IMG/VR virus record: IMGVR_UViG_3300035698_027665
Span: 1 to 64,000 of that record
Reading direction: 5' to 3' (one strand)
From: a virus
DNA: 64,000 bases
How positions within the stretch are numbered: position 1 is the stretch's first letter; the number at the start of each line of letters is the position of its first letter. The notes below the pieces were generated by a model, which saw nothing but the letters and a program-made list of their open reading frames with translations, had not been told where the DNA came from and made no database searches. Positions 15,350 to 25,766 of this stretch are shown in pieces. The translations under genes were made by a program, and so were the position numbers.

Positions 15350-18300
15350 ATGAGCATTGCGAAAGAGTTTCACAGTGGTATGGGTCAAGCAGTTGCCGAA
15401 AGAACCATATTAAGAAAAAAAGACAATGGCGAATTAGAAAAATGGGAAGACGTGGCAGATAGGGTAGCATTGGGAAACTCTTTATTATGCAATACAAAAG
15501 AAGAACAAGAGAGAGAATATAAACTACTAAAAAAGCATCTTTTAAAGGCAAATACTCTAATGTCGGGTCGTCATTTGCAACACGGCGATGCAGATCAACC
15601 AAAACGAAATATGGAGATTTTTACTAATTGTGCTACAGCAATTAGTGGGTTTGCGTCATTTTACTTATTAATGAACGGAAGTGGCGTTGGTCGGTGTTAT
15701 GACGATGACATTATGCTTGTTAATTGGGATTACGCCCCTGTTATTCGGTGTGTAATAGATGAAAACCATCCAGATTTCGATTTTTCCGCTCATGAATCCG
15801 TGCGTGACGCTAAGCATAAATATGTTGGTGGAAAAGACATTCTTTGGCATCGAGTAGAAGATACAAGAGAGGGATGGAGCAAAGCTTTAGAAGTTTGGGA
15901 AAACGCAGCTTTTCAAAAAATACATACTCACAAAATGCTCATATTGGATTTTTCTGGCGTAAGAGCTAAAGGATCGCCGATTAAAGGGATGCAGAACAGA
16001 CCCGCTAGTGGGCCAGTCCCTTTAATGAATGCTTTCAATAAAACACTTGCCTTAAAAGGTGCGGGAATGCCACGCTGGAAACAAGCAATGTATGCAGACC
16101 ATTATTTTGCTGAATGCGTATTAGTTGGAGGCGCACGTCGAGCAGCTAGAATGTCTGTTAAAAATTGGCGAGACACATCAGTATTAGATTTCATTGCTGT
16201 AAAACGTCCTATAGAATATTATGGTAAAAAAGTGGATGAAGTTGTGGATATTAGATTGAATTCTGAACTTCATCCACAAGGTTTTTTGTGGTCTTCAAAT
16301 AATAGCATTACGGTTGATAAAGAATTTTGGGAGCGTGCAAATGCTGGACGTAACGATCCTTTGTTCAAAGAAGAATTGACCAAACACGCCAAGCGTGTTT
16401 TTAAAGCTGCTACATCTGCTTCTTATGCTGATGGTACTGGTGAACCGGGTTTTATAAATGAGGACAAGTTAGTAAAAAACAAGTCGGGTATTTCTGATTT
16501 GGTTAAAAACAATGAATACTTCGGCAGCGATAAATATCAGTTAGAAGAAGATACAGAAATATACATGAGCCGCCTTCTTAAAAAGGCTTCCAAAAAGCTT
16601 AATTTTATGATTGTCAACCCATGTGTGACAAAAGATACATGGGTCATGACTAATTTAGGACCAAGACAAGTATTTGAATTAATTGGCCATGACTACACTG
16701 CTGTTGTGGACGGCAAAGAATATAAAGCAAAAGGATTCTGGAAGACTGGTGATAAACGAGTTTTCAAAATGAAAACGAACAGGGGGTATGAACTAAAACT
16801 AACAGAAAATCATAAAATTTTGGTAGAAACCAGTAGAAAACAAAAATTTAATGGTGGCTATAACGTCAAGCAAGAATGGAAAGAATTAAAAGACATTAAA
16901 ATTGGTGATAAAATAGTATTAAACAATCATGATAATTATTCTTGGGAAGGTTGTGGTGGTACATTTGAAGAAGGCTGGTTGCTTGGCGAAATGGTAGGTG
17001 ATGGCGGTCATAATCCAGAAAAATATCCGAGTTATGTTAGATTTTGGAATGAAGATGAAGATGTTCAAAAAATGGCAGGAATAGCAGTAGAATATTTAGA
17101 AAATATTGGCGTTGGTCCACAATTCAAAAGCGAAAAAAGCGATACAAATGGAATTGTCACCGTATCCACTAAAACACTAAATAGGCTTACTTCTAATTTA
17201 ATAGAAGAAAAAAGTAAAAATCTATTGCCGAAAATTGAACAAATGAGCAAAGATTTTTATTGCGGGTTTATTAGAGGTCTTTTTGATGCTGATGGTACTG
17301 TTTTGCTACAAAAAGAAAAAGGGCGTAGCGTTAGACTGTCTCAAAACAACATCGAAAGATTAAAAACGATTCAAAGAATGTTGTTGCGATTGGGTATTGC
17401 TACTACAATTTATAAAGACAGAACTACAGAGTCAGGAAAATGTCTACCTGATGGAAAAGGTTCGCAAAAACTATATTTTTGTAAAGCCACTCACGAATTG
17501 GCAATATCGAAAGACAATATTAATAAATTCGAAAAAACAATAGGTTTTCATAGCGATAACAAAAATAAAAAATTAATTGGTTGCATCGAATCTATTACTA
17601 GAGGAGCTTACAAAGAAAGATTTACTGCTACTGTATCTTCAATTGAATTTGTTGGCGTAGAAGATGTATACGACACTACTGTAGAAAAAGTCCATGCTTT
17701 TGATGCAAATGGAATAAAAGCACATAATTGTGGTGAAATTGTAATAGCATTATGGGGTGCTTTTTGCACTATTGCGGATTTAGTACCTTTTCACAGCGAG
17801 AATATTTCCGACTTTGAAGAATGTGCTAGGACCATTACGAGAGGGCTGATTCGTGTAAACACTATGGATTCTATTTACAATAAAGAAGTAAAAAGAACTA
17901 ATAGAATAGGTATAGGACTTACAGGCGTTCACGAATATGCATGGAATGCATTTGGGTTGACGTTTAAAGATTTGTTAAATGAAGAAAAATCTAAAGATTT
18001 TTGGATGTCTTTGTCAAGAGTGAAAAGAGCAATTGTAGAAGAATCCGAAACGTATTCTAAAAAATTAGGAGTGGTTACTCCACATACTAATACTACAGTA
18101 AAACCTAGTGGAACGGTTTCAAAATTATTTGGACTTACAGAAGGATGGCATCTTCCCGCAATGAAATGGTATTTAAGATGGGTGCAGTTTAGAGTCGGCG
18201 ATCCTATCGTTGATGAATATGAAAAAAAGGGATATCCAACAAGGCATTTGAAGCAATATAACAATACTGTTATTGTGGGCTTCCCTACTGTTCCTATTAT

Positions 18301-18709
18301 CTGCAATCTAGGCATGCCAACAATAACAACTGCTGCGGAAGCAACTCCTGAAGAACAATACAAATGGCTCATGCTTGGCGAAAAATATTGGATTAGAGGG
18401 GTGGATGAAAATGGCGTTCCTCTAGAAGAAGATACAGGAAATCAAATTAGCTATACTTTAAAATATGATCCTGAAAAGGTTGATTATCAGGGCTTTTCAA
18501 AAACGCTAAAACAATATCAATCACAAATTAAAGCTTGTTCTATCATGCCTCAAGAAAAACAAAGCTCATATGAATACGTTCCAGAAGAACCAGTTACAAA
18601 AGCAGAATATGAAGATTATTGTAGAAAAATAGAGTTCATAAAAGAAGATGTAGATCGTGAACATGTAGATTGTGAAAGCGGAGCTTGTCCTATTGATTTC
18701 AATAAGTAA
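15350..18709 (+). CDS. nrdJ: class II (B12-dependent) ribonucleotide reductase with an intein
   Basis: GSGVG, GGARRAA, NP|CGE active site, TTVKPSGTVS, C-terminal CESGACP. Confidence 0.92.
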   Translation: MSIAKEFHSGMGQAVAERTILRKKDNGELEKWEDVADRVALGNSLLCNTKEEQEREYKLLKKHLLKANTLMSGRHLQHGDADQPKRNMEIFTNCATAISGFASFYLLMNGSGVGRCYDDDIMLVNWDYAPVIRCVIDENHPDFDFSAHESVRDAKHKYVGGKDILWHRVEDTREGWSKALEVWENAAFQKIHTHKMLILDFSGVRAKGSPIKGMQNRPASGPVPLMNAFNKTLALKGAGMPRWKQAMYADHYFAECVLVGGARRAARMSVKNWRDTSVLDFIAVKRPIEYYGKKVDEVVDIRLNSELHPQGFLWSSNNSITVDKEFWERANAGRNDPLFKEELTKHAKRVFKAATSASYADGTGEPGFINEDKLVKNKSGISDLVKNNEYFGSDKYQLEEDTEIYMSRLLKKASKKLNFMIVNPCVTKDTWVMTNLGPRQVFELIGHDYTAVVDGKEYKAKGFWKTGDKRVFKMKTNRGYELKLTENHKILVETSRKQKFNGGYNVKQEWKELKDIKIGDKIVLNNHDNYSWEGCGGTFEEGWLLGEMVGDGGHNPEKYPSYVRFWNEDEDVQKMAGIAVEYLENIGVGPQFKSEKSDTNGIVTVSTKTLNRLTSNLIEEKSKNLLPKIEQMSKDFYCGFIRGLFDADGTVLLQKEKGRSVRLSQNNIERLKTIQRMLLRLGIATTIYKDRTTESGKCLPDGKGSQKLYFCKATHELAISKDNINKFEKTIGFHSDNKNKKLIGCIESITRGAYKERFTATVSSIEFVGVEDVYDTTVEKVHAFDANGIKAHNCGEIVIALWGAFCTIADLVPFHSENISDFEECARTITRGLIRVNTMDSIYNKEVKRTNRIGIGLTGVHEYAWNAFGLTFKDLLNEEKSKDFWMSLSRVKRAIVEESETYSKKLGVVTPHTNTTVKPSGTVSKLFGLTEGWHLPAMKWYLRWVQFRVGDPIVDEYEKKGYPTRHLKQYNNTVIVGFPTVPIICNLGMPTITTAAEATPEEQYKWLMLGEKYWIRGVDENGVPLEEDTGNQISYTLKYDPEKVDYQGFSKTLKQYQSQIKACSIMPQEKQSSYEYVPEEPVTKAEYEDYCRKIEFIKEDVDREHVDCESGACPIDFNK
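16622..17728 (+). mobile_element. 369 aa intein with a LAGLIDADG homing endonuclease
   Basis: Starts CVTKDTWV, has LTENH block B, GEMVGDG and RGLFDADG, and ends VYDTTV...AHN before the Cys +1. Confidence 0.95.
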
Positions 18710-18787
18710 AATTAACTTATTGGCAAACAACATGTTGATATTTCAGCCATTTTCAAGTATAATAATTCTAACTTGAAAGGTTTAGAA

Positions 18788-18994
18788 ATGTATGTAATTG
18801 AAACGTTTAAGGGATTAGATAAAAAACATTATTTCCGTGTTAGACACTCTAATAATAGGATTATACTTGTAAGTGAAGGGTATGAACGCCCTAGTACTAG
18901 AACGAGAATTGCAAATAATGTTGCAAAAAGTTGGGGCATCTTTGTTGAAAAGATAACAGAAGAAAAAAAGAAAACATCTTTTTGGGATTTGTGA
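18788..18994 (+). CDS. small YegP/DUF1508-like protein
   Basis: YFRVRHSNNRIILVSEGY. Confidence 0.55.
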   Translation: MYVIETFKGLDKKHYFRVRHSNNRIILVSEGYERPSTRTRIANNVAKSWGIFVEKITEEKKKTSFWDL

Positions 18995-19030
18995 ACAATA
19001 AAAAATGTTTTCTTTTTTAGGATAAATTAA

Positions 19031-20629
19031 ATGTCTAAATATATTTTTGTTGTTGGTGGTGTAATAAGCGGTACTGGAAAAGGCATAGCTGCTGCTTCCA
19101 TTGCACTTCTTTTGAAACTAAGAGGGCATACTGTAGATATGCTAAAGTTTGATCCTTATCTTTCTATTGATGCTGGAATTTTATCGCCGGGACAACATGG
19201 TGAATGTTTTGTTTGTGATGACGGAAAAGAAAGCGATCTTGATATAGGTAGTTACGAACGTTTAGCCAATATCCCGGTATCTAAAGAAAACACATGTACT
19301 TCTGGAATTTTGTATAAAGAACTTTTATCTGAACAAGAATCTGGAGTTTGTTTAGGACAAACTTATCAAGTCATTCCGCATATGACTAATAAAATTCAAA
19401 AAAGAATAACAGACCTTGGCGAGAAATCCGATGTTGTCGTAATAGAAATAGGTGGCACTGTAGGAGATATAGAAAGTGCTGCATTTTATGAAGCCATAAG
19501 GATATTCAAACAAAAAAATGATTGTTTAGTAACTATGGTTGCTCCTATATTGTGGATACCCACTATAAAAGAATTTAAAACAAAACCATTACAAAACGCA
19601 ATAAGAGATTTGCAACATCATGGGATAAGTCCTGATTTATTGCTTTGTCGAGTGGATAGAGAAGTATCTGAAAAAATACTTAAAAAAGTATCTGATTTAA
19701 CGGGGATGTCACGAGATTGTGTGTTTGACGCTCCAGATGTTTCATCAATATATAAAGTTCCAATTGAGTTTTACAATCGCCATGTAGACGATGCTGTTGT
19801 AGATATTTTACACATGAAAAGAACACCATGTAGGATATCTAAATACAAAGAATTAGTAGAAACAAAAACAGATTCAGAAGTAAACATTGGAATAATTGGG
19901 AAATATGTTGATGTTGAAGATTCCTACATTTCTATCAAAGAATCTCTTTATCACGCTGGCGTTGCAAATAATGCAAAAGTGAATATAAAATGGATAGATG
20001 CCGAGAAGTTAGAGAAATCTAAAAGCACGCATTGCGTCCATAATTATTTTGAAAATCTGCATGGAATTATTGTTCCGGGAGGGTTTGACGTTCGTGGAGT
20101 TGAAGGGAAAATTAAAGCAATACGTTATGCTAGAGAAAAAAACATTCCTTTTTTGGGAATATGTCTAGGATTACAATGTGCGGTAATAGAATTCGCTAGA
20201 AATGTTTTAAACATAAGCAATGCGAATAGTTTAGAATTTGATCAAAAATCCACTGATCCTGTAATATACTACGTAGAGGGACAGGAAAATATAAAGAAAA
20301 AAAATGGAACTATGCGATTAGGAGCCTATGACTGCGATTTGAAAAAAGATAGTATGGCTCGTGATTTATATGGAAAAAAAAGAATATCAGAGAGACACAG
20401 ACACAGATTAGAAGTTAATCCCGAATATGTCTCAAAATATGAAGAAAATGGATTTAAAGTATCGGGGATTCATCCCCAATCTAATCTAATTGAAATAATG
20501 GAATTAGAATCTCATCCTTTCTTCATAGGGGTTCAAGCACATCCAGAATTCAAAAGTAGTTTGATTAATCCTGCTCCTTTATTTGTAGGATTAATACACG
20601 CAGCAAAAATAAATGAAAAATTAAGTTAA
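19031..20629 (+). CDS. pyrG: CTP synthase
   Basis: GGVISGTGKG, KFDPY, EIGGTVGDIE, KTKPLQ, GICLG, ERHRHR, QAHPEF. Confidence 0.97.
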   Translation: MSKYIFVVGGVISGTGKGIAAASIALLLKLRGHTVDMLKFDPYLSIDAGILSPGQHGECFVCDDGKESDLDIGSYERLANIPVSKENTCTSGILYKELLSEQESGVCLGQTYQVIPHMTNKIQKRITDLGEKSDVVVIEIGGTVGDIESAAFYEAIRIFKQKNDCLVTMVAPILWIPTIKEFKTKPLQNAIRDLQHHGISPDLLLCRVDREVSEKILKKVSDLTGMSRDCVFDAPDVSSIYKVPIEFYNRHVDDAVVDILHMKRTPCRISKYKELVETKTDSEVNIGIIGKYVDVEDSYISIKESLYHAGVANNAKVNIKWIDAEKLEKSKSTHCVHNYFENLHGIIVPGGFDVRGVEGKIKAIRYAREKNIPFLGICLGLQCAVIEFARNVLNISNANSLEFDQKSTDPVIYYVEGQENIKKKNGTMRLGAYDCDLKKDSMARDLYGKKRISERHRHRLEVNPEYVSKYEENGFKVSGIHPQSNLIEIMELESHPFFIGVQAHPEFKSSLINPAPLFVGLIHAAKINEKLS

Positions 20630-20649
20630 AGATAAGTCTAAATAATAAG

Positions 20650-21204
20650 ATGAGATTTAAAGAATTTATATTAAATGAAAACACTGCCTACCTTGGGCAA
20701 AGAATAAGCGACATTTTAAATGCTATTCATGATTTAAATCAAAATGCTGAAGGTATGGGGCCACGACAACTTGCTTCACAGGGAGAAGGCGTAGTTAATC
20801 AAATTAGACGCATTTTACATACTCATTGGGATCAAAAAGAAAAAAAATATTTGCCATCGCTTCAAAAAGCAGGAGTGGCGATTATGAAATCAATAGAAGA
20901 AAAAGGCGATTTAAAAAATGTTCTACAAGGAGCATCAGGCGAACTAGAAGAAATAGTTAACAAAATGGGTACGCCGCAAAATCGTTTGGCGACAATGCCT
21001 GAAACAGATAGCAAAAATCAAACTAGCCCCTCACAAGGGGAAGATGCACCTTCTGACTCATCAGCTTCACAACAGAATCCGCAACAAAATTCACAACCCC
21101 CATCTAACGTTGCGAATTCTCCAGCACAAGGGCCACAAACGCCGGGAGTGCAGGAGCCACAACCAGCAATGGATTCCACTTTACCCGTTGCTCCTGCTGG
21201 ATAA
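20650..21204 (+). CDS. hypothetical protein with a capsid-targeting-like N-terminus and Q/P-rich tail
   Basis: Starts MRFKEFILNE; preceded by CTAAATA. Confidence 0.7.
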   Translation: MRFKEFILNENTAYLGQRISDILNAIHDLNQNAEGMGPRQLASQGEGVVNQIRRILHTHWDQKEKKYLPSLQKAGVAIMKSIEEKGDLKNVLQGASGELEEIVNKMGTPQNRLATMPETDSKNQTSPSQGEDAPSDSSASQQNPQQNSQPPSNVANSPAQGPQTPGVQEPQPAMDSTLPVAPAG

Positions 21205-21219
21205 GCTGATGTTAAAATA

Positions 21220-21251
21220 ACCCCCTATTGAAAAATGGGGGTGTTTTTTTT
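21220..21251 (+). terminator. intrinsic terminator
   Basis: ACCCCCTATT-GAAA-AATGGGGGT followed by a T run. Confidence 0.65.
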
Positions 21252-21295
21252 ATCCTATTTTGATATAATAAAGATTACCGTTTGGAGAATCTATT

Positions 21296-22558
21296 ATGTG
21301 TGGAATGGCTGGATATATTGGGGAAAGTTTTAATCCCAAAGTAACTCATGAATTAATTACAGAACTGCTTTTGCAAGCAGAAAGTAGAGGGATTGACGCT
21401 TCTGGTTTTTGGGGTACTCAAAAAGGGAATGGTAAAGTTCTTTACCACAAGGAACCTCGAAGGGCTAGTGAGTTTATTAAAAAAGATGTTTGGAAAAAAG
21501 TTGAAAGATTTAACCCAAACATGCTTTTAGTACACGCTCGTGGGGCATCATCTGGCGTGGGGTTACCTTCTGCAAATAAAAACAATCATCCTTTTATGAC
21601 TTCTGATAGAAGTATAGGACTCATGCATAATGGCCGTATTCCTGATTTGGAATACAAATCTTTAAAAAAACAATATGAAGTCGTTTCAGAATGCGATTCT
21701 GAAATACTATTAAGAATATTTGAATCTGCAAAATACGATGATGATCATTCAGATTTTGAAGATTGTCAGCTTGAAACAATTGACAATCAAGTAAAATCAA
21801 GACTCACTGGTATTAGAGACATCTGGTCCCACATAATAGATGGTCATATGGCCGTAGCAATTGGGGAAAGAATAGATGATGACAATCGTCGTTTATGGCT
21901 GTTTAGAAATAAACATAGGAGTTTATGGTTGGCGGATTTAAGAAAAGAATTAGGACAAATCTTTTTTTGTTCTACCTTGAACATGTGGAAAAATGCTGTA
22001 TTCAACTCTACTTCTTTACAAACAATTATAAAAAAGTCAGTCAAATTAATAGAAATGCCAACAGAAGAAATATGGGCATTAAGAATTTCAAACAATGAAC
22101 CTGTTGTTGTTAAAGAAAACATAATGAAGTTTGACGTACTTCAACCTGAAGAATACACTTATTCTGATATAAAAAAAGAAAAAATCAAAATCCCTATTAA
22201 TAAAGCGGTAACTGGCGTTTATACAAATTTAGACGATCAAGAAAACGTCAAAGCCTCAAATATGATAAAAGAAACTCCGTATTCAACAAATCAAATAAAA
22301 TATAAAAAGAAAAAAGAAAAAGTAAAAGAAACTGAAATTGAAGAAAGAGATTATGAAGATGCAATGAAAGAAGCGATTATAGAAAAAGTTGATGCTGCTT
22401 GTGAAAAAATGCACGACCTTTTGACAGATATTGAAGTAGTAACAGCAAACAATTTAGGAGAAGGTTCTTTAACGCTATCTAATTGCGAAGAACTATTAGA
22501 CAACCTGAACACTCACGAACTGGATTTAAAGGCTACTTTAAAAATGTTTGGCAATTAA
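21296..22558 (+). CDS. class II (Ntn) glutamine amidotransferase
   Basis: MCG N-terminal nucleophile, RGIDASG, HAR, NNHPF, HNG, CDSE. Confidence 0.88.
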   Translation: MCGMAGYIGESFNPKVTHELITELLLQAESRGIDASGFWGTQKGNGKVLYHKEPRRASEFIKKDVWKKVERFNPNMLLVHARGASSGVGLPSANKNNHPFMTSDRSIGLMHNGRIPDLEYKSLKKQYEVVSECDSEILLRIFESAKYDDDHSDFEDCQLETIDNQVKSRLTGIRDIWSHIIDGHMAVAIGERIDDDNRRLWLFRNKHRSLWLADLRKELGQIFFCSTLNMWKNAVFNSTSLQTIIKKSVKLIEMPTEEIWALRISNNEPVVVKENIMKFDVLQPEEYTYSDIKKEKIKIPINKAVTGVYTNLDDQENVKASNMIKETPYSTNQIKYKKKKEKVKETEIEERDYEDAMKEAIIEKVDAACEKMHDLLTDIEVVTANNLGEGSLTLSNCEELLDNLNTHELDLKATLKMFGN

Positions 22559-22596
22559 TTCATATAATTATACTAGTTGTTGACTAATATAATTAT

Positions 22597-23157
22597 ATGA
22601 AAGAAAAAGATTTAGAAATTGATAGCGTTCTAGATAAAGTAAAGAAAAAAAAATCTATTAAATCTGGAAAAAAAGGGGGGCGTGGCGAAAGAATTATATG
22701 CAAATCTTTAAATGAAAGGTTTGCATGTTTGTTGCAAAAGCACAAAGATTGGGGAGGGTTTAATAGATCAGTAGGGTCAGGAAATCGTTGGGGACAAGGG
22801 GTGCATTTGTCTCAAGCAGCGAAACAAACGTTTAGTGGAGATATTTCTTGTCCTACTAATTTCAAATTCGTAATAGAATCTAAATCTGGCTACAATGACA
22901 TTGATTTGAATTCTATTTTTGATGGCGGGCAAAAAGAATTAGACAAGTTCTTTTGCCAAGTACTAGATGACGCTAGCAGAAGTGGAAGAAAACCTTTACT
23001 CATTTGGAGAAAAGATAGAAAACCTACTATAGCTTTTGTCTTATCAGAAGAAATAAACATAGAAGAATATCAATTCAGTATTCGATATAAAAATTGGGTA
23101 GGAGTCAATTTAGATAATTTGTTAAAACTAGACGATGCATTCTTTTTTAATCTTTAG
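22597..23157 (+). CDS. PD-(D/E)xK nuclease, Holliday junction resolvase-like
   Basis: KGGRGER, GDI, IESK. Confidence 0.7.
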   Translation: MKEKDLEIDSVLDKVKKKKSIKSGKKGGRGERIICKSLNERFACLLQKHKDWGGFNRSVGSGNRWGQGVHLSQAAKQTFSGDISCPTNFKFVIESKSGYNDIDLNSIFDGGQKELDKFFCQVLDDASRSGRKPLLIWRKDRKPTIAFVLSEEINIEEYQFSIRYKNWVGVNLDNLLKLDDAFFFNL

Positions 23158-24178
23158 GATTATAAGTAGCGGATGTATCACTCAAGTCCCCCACAAACAG
23201 TTCTTTCATAACCATAATAGGTTTTATAAATTTAAGTTTCTTTAAAGTATTTTTGGGACCATATGGCTGCATTCTAAAATGCCCCCTTCTCCAATGTGGT
23301 TTTGGAGAAGCATGAAACCCTTCTGCTGAACTTCTTGTTTTTTCTTTTCTTGTTTCGAAAAAATCTATTTTTTGTTCGAATTCAACAACAAACATCGTCC
23401 CATCAACTAGTCTTTTTGCTTGTTCTCTTTTAACTGCATTATTGCTGGACAATCTCCCTTTAAATTTGTCAAATTTTTGTTGTGACATTCCTAAAGGACC
23501 AATTATTTTCGTTCCTAGCAAGGTCATCATTAGAGAGAAATTCATGCCAATTCTTTGCACTTTTTCTGCAACCAAATCTTCTTGCATCAATTTTTCAAAT
23601 TTAAATTCATCATCTTTTGGCAGGTTTTTATATCTGTTTTTCATAAGTCCATCTTCAATAGTGTCGTAAACAGGCGACAAGCTGTTCATGATGGCAGACC
23701 CCTCTTTCAATAAAGTGTCTTCCGAAAAACATCCAGATGCTATAAACCCTGTTTTTTCTTCTAGAAAATTTGCCACGTAACTAGGTCTATAATTAGAATT
23801 GTGTTTTTCAACTAAAAGCTTTTTGTATTCTTTGGGTATTTTTATAAAAGTAACGGGATATGGTTGACGATAGTTTTCAAAAGAAATATTTAATTCTGTA
23901 TTTTCCAACGCAAGACATTGTTCGAATGTAGGGCAAAACACTTTAGGACCATCAGATAATGCTTTAGAAATAATGTGAACAAACATTGTGTTCGTTGTGC
24001 TATTTTTTGCAAAATCTATAAGACTAAAGACCATGCCTGAAATGTTTTCAGGTGGGGATAGTCTCAAGTTTACGTTGAAATAAACTTGTTTGTTTTTAGT
24101 TAAAAAATCAATCCAGTTGTTTTGCCCAAGCCACTTCAAAGCCGTGTGATATTGCGAAGGAATAAATTCTGACATCAT
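23147..24178 (-). CDS. hypothetical phage protein with an HWRRGH motif
   Basis: C-terminal SPKPHWRRGHFRMQPYG. Confidence 0.7.
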   Translation of the reverse strand: MMSEFIPSQYHTALKWLGQNNWIDFLTKNKQVYFNVNLRLSPPENISGMVFSLIDFAKNSTTNTMFVHIISKALSDGPKVFCPTFEQCLALENTELNISFENYRQPYPVTFIKIPKEYKKLLVEKHNSNYRPSYVANFLEEKTGFIASGCFSEDTLLKEGSAIMNSLSPVYDTIEDGLMKNRYKNLPKDDEFKFEKLMQEDLVAEKVQRIGMNFSLMMTLLGTKIIGPLGMSQQKFDKFKGRLSSNNAVKREQAKRLVDGTMFVVEFEQKIDFFETRKEKTRSSAEGFHASPKPHWRRGHFRMQPYGPKNTLKKLKFIKPIMVMKELFVGDLSDTSATYNPKD

Positions 24179-24470
24179 TGTTTTAATCTTTCAGTAAATC
24201 CATATAATAGACGATAGTACAAGTTGAAGCTTTTTAAAGGAGATGAAATGACAAGTACGAGCGGTCTATTGAATGATTCCACCGAATCAGAATTGTTCGA
24301 AAAGGAATATTATAAAAGTTATTGGGTTGCGAAATCTTATTTTTTAAACAATGAATATTTTTCAATTTGCATTGATAGGAAACAACTCGAAAGAGCGAAA
24401 AAGGTATGCGAAACCAACTTCCGGCTTTACGGTGAAACTTCTAAAAACCCTACACGAAATTTAATATTAT

Positions 24471-24506
24471 AAAAAAAGCCGGGGCAATATTACCCCGGCT
24501 TTTTTT
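24471..24506. terminator. bidirectional intrinsic terminator
   Basis: A7-GCCGGGG...CCCCGGC-T7 between convergent genes. Confidence 0.8.
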
Positions 24507-24520
24507 ATCAGTACAAGTTT

Positions 24521-25318
24521 TTAAAAACTCATACTTACACCAACGTTTCCAACAAGCTCGAAATCGCTATTGTTGTTGAAATTGTCTGCATCACCGCCGA
24601 GAAACAAACCATGAACGCCAGCATTCAAAGTCCAGTTGTCGCCAATGAATTCTAGGGGAATAGACCCTTCTAACCCAATATCGAGATATCCAAAATCAGC
24701 ATCGTCGCCATAATAGTCGTCAATGCTGAATCCTACGACAACAGGTGTGGAAACAGTTATATTATCTAAAATAATAACTGTTGGTCTAATTCCTAGCTCA
24801 AGATAAGAACCAGTGCCGTTGCCATCTCTTGAACCTTCTGTTTCAAATGCAAGAAGCACATAAGGGTTGACATCAACACCAAAAAATTCTTTGTTTGAAG
24901 AAACCCCTAAAGTAATTTCTTGTATCTCATCAAATGCTGCATTTGGACTTAAATACAGGTTGTATCCAAAAGATGTAGTTAAAAAATTGGTTAAGTCGAA
25001 ATCGACTGAAATTCCCAAACGTGTTTCATACCACGCCTCTACATCGTTGTTTACTGATGCTCTTGTTTGTGCTTCGTGAATGCTGTTCCACCAAACCCCG
25101 TTTACTCTGAGATTGTTGTGAGCGTGGTAAACAACATCTAAACTAGGTTGTGCTATTACGCCTGCGTCCTCTTGATTTATGCCTCTATGAAAATAGTGGG
25201 TCGTAAAATCAGTGTTTGCTCTAAAAGAAAGAGAATCTTCTTTAGCAAGGTCTTGCCCCATTACAGGCATGCTAAGTCCTACTGCAACTAGCAGTGTAAA
25301 TAAAAACTTCTTCATCAT
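24521..25318 (-). CDS. outer-membrane beta-barrel protein (TorF/TIGR02001-like putative porin)
   Basis: Signal peptide, YFHRGINQ...QP motif, alternating beta-strand pattern, terminal Phe. Confidence 0.75.
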   Translation of the reverse strand: MMKKFLFTLLVAVGLSMPVMGQDLAKEDSLSFRANTDFTTHYFHRGINQEDAGVIAQPSLDVVYHAHNNLRVNGVWWNSIHEAQTRASVNNDVEAWYETRLGISVDFDLTNFLTTSFGYNLYLSPNAAFDEIQEITLGVSSNKEFFGVDVNPYVLLAFETEGSRDGNGTGSYLELGIRPTVIILDNITVSTPVVVGFSIDDYYGDDADFGYLDIGLEGSIPLEFIGDNWTLNAGVHGLFLGGDADNFNNNSDFELVGNVGVSMSF

Positions 25319-25358
25319 GTTTGGTTCCTTTCGTTTAAACCATTGATGTAAGTCGTCT

Positions 25359-25418
25359 ATTGTACTGATCGTCGTTCATAAGTCAACTTCTTTACAATCT
25401 TATGAAAAGTCGTATAAT
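25359..25418. promoter_or_regulatory. back-to-back sigma70 promoters
   Basis: Minus strand TTGACT-16-TACAAT; plus strand TTTACA-16-TATAAT. Confidence 0.65.
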
Positions 25419-25448
25419 CATCGCAATCACGTTTTTGGAGCAAAATAA

Positions 25449-25766
25449 ATGAAGAATAATACTTATCCTAAAGAAAAAAATAAAAAATTAGCTTCTCATT
25501 ATAAAAGAATGCTCCATATAAAAGGAGAAAAATGGTCTTACAAAATCGCAGGTACAGATGTTTATATCTTGTCATCAAACAGACAAACAAAATATAAAAC
25601 TAGTACATTTGAAGCATCAGGCACGACAGAAGATGCCTTTTGGAGCGAACAAGATGAATATAGTAGCATGGATATAGAGTATCCGACATGTACGCCAAAA
25701 GATATAAAAATATTTATAATAAATAACATTTTTACGGGAAAACAAAATGGAATTCGAGTTATATAG
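25449..25766 (+). CDS. hypothetical protein
   Basis: 105 aa ORF with GGAG SD. Confidence 0.6.
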   Translation: MKNNTYPKEKNKKLASHYKRMLHIKGEKWSYKIAGTDVYILSSNRQTKYKTSTFEASGTTEDAFWSEQDEYSSMDIEYPTCTPKDIKIFIINNIFTGKQNGIRVI

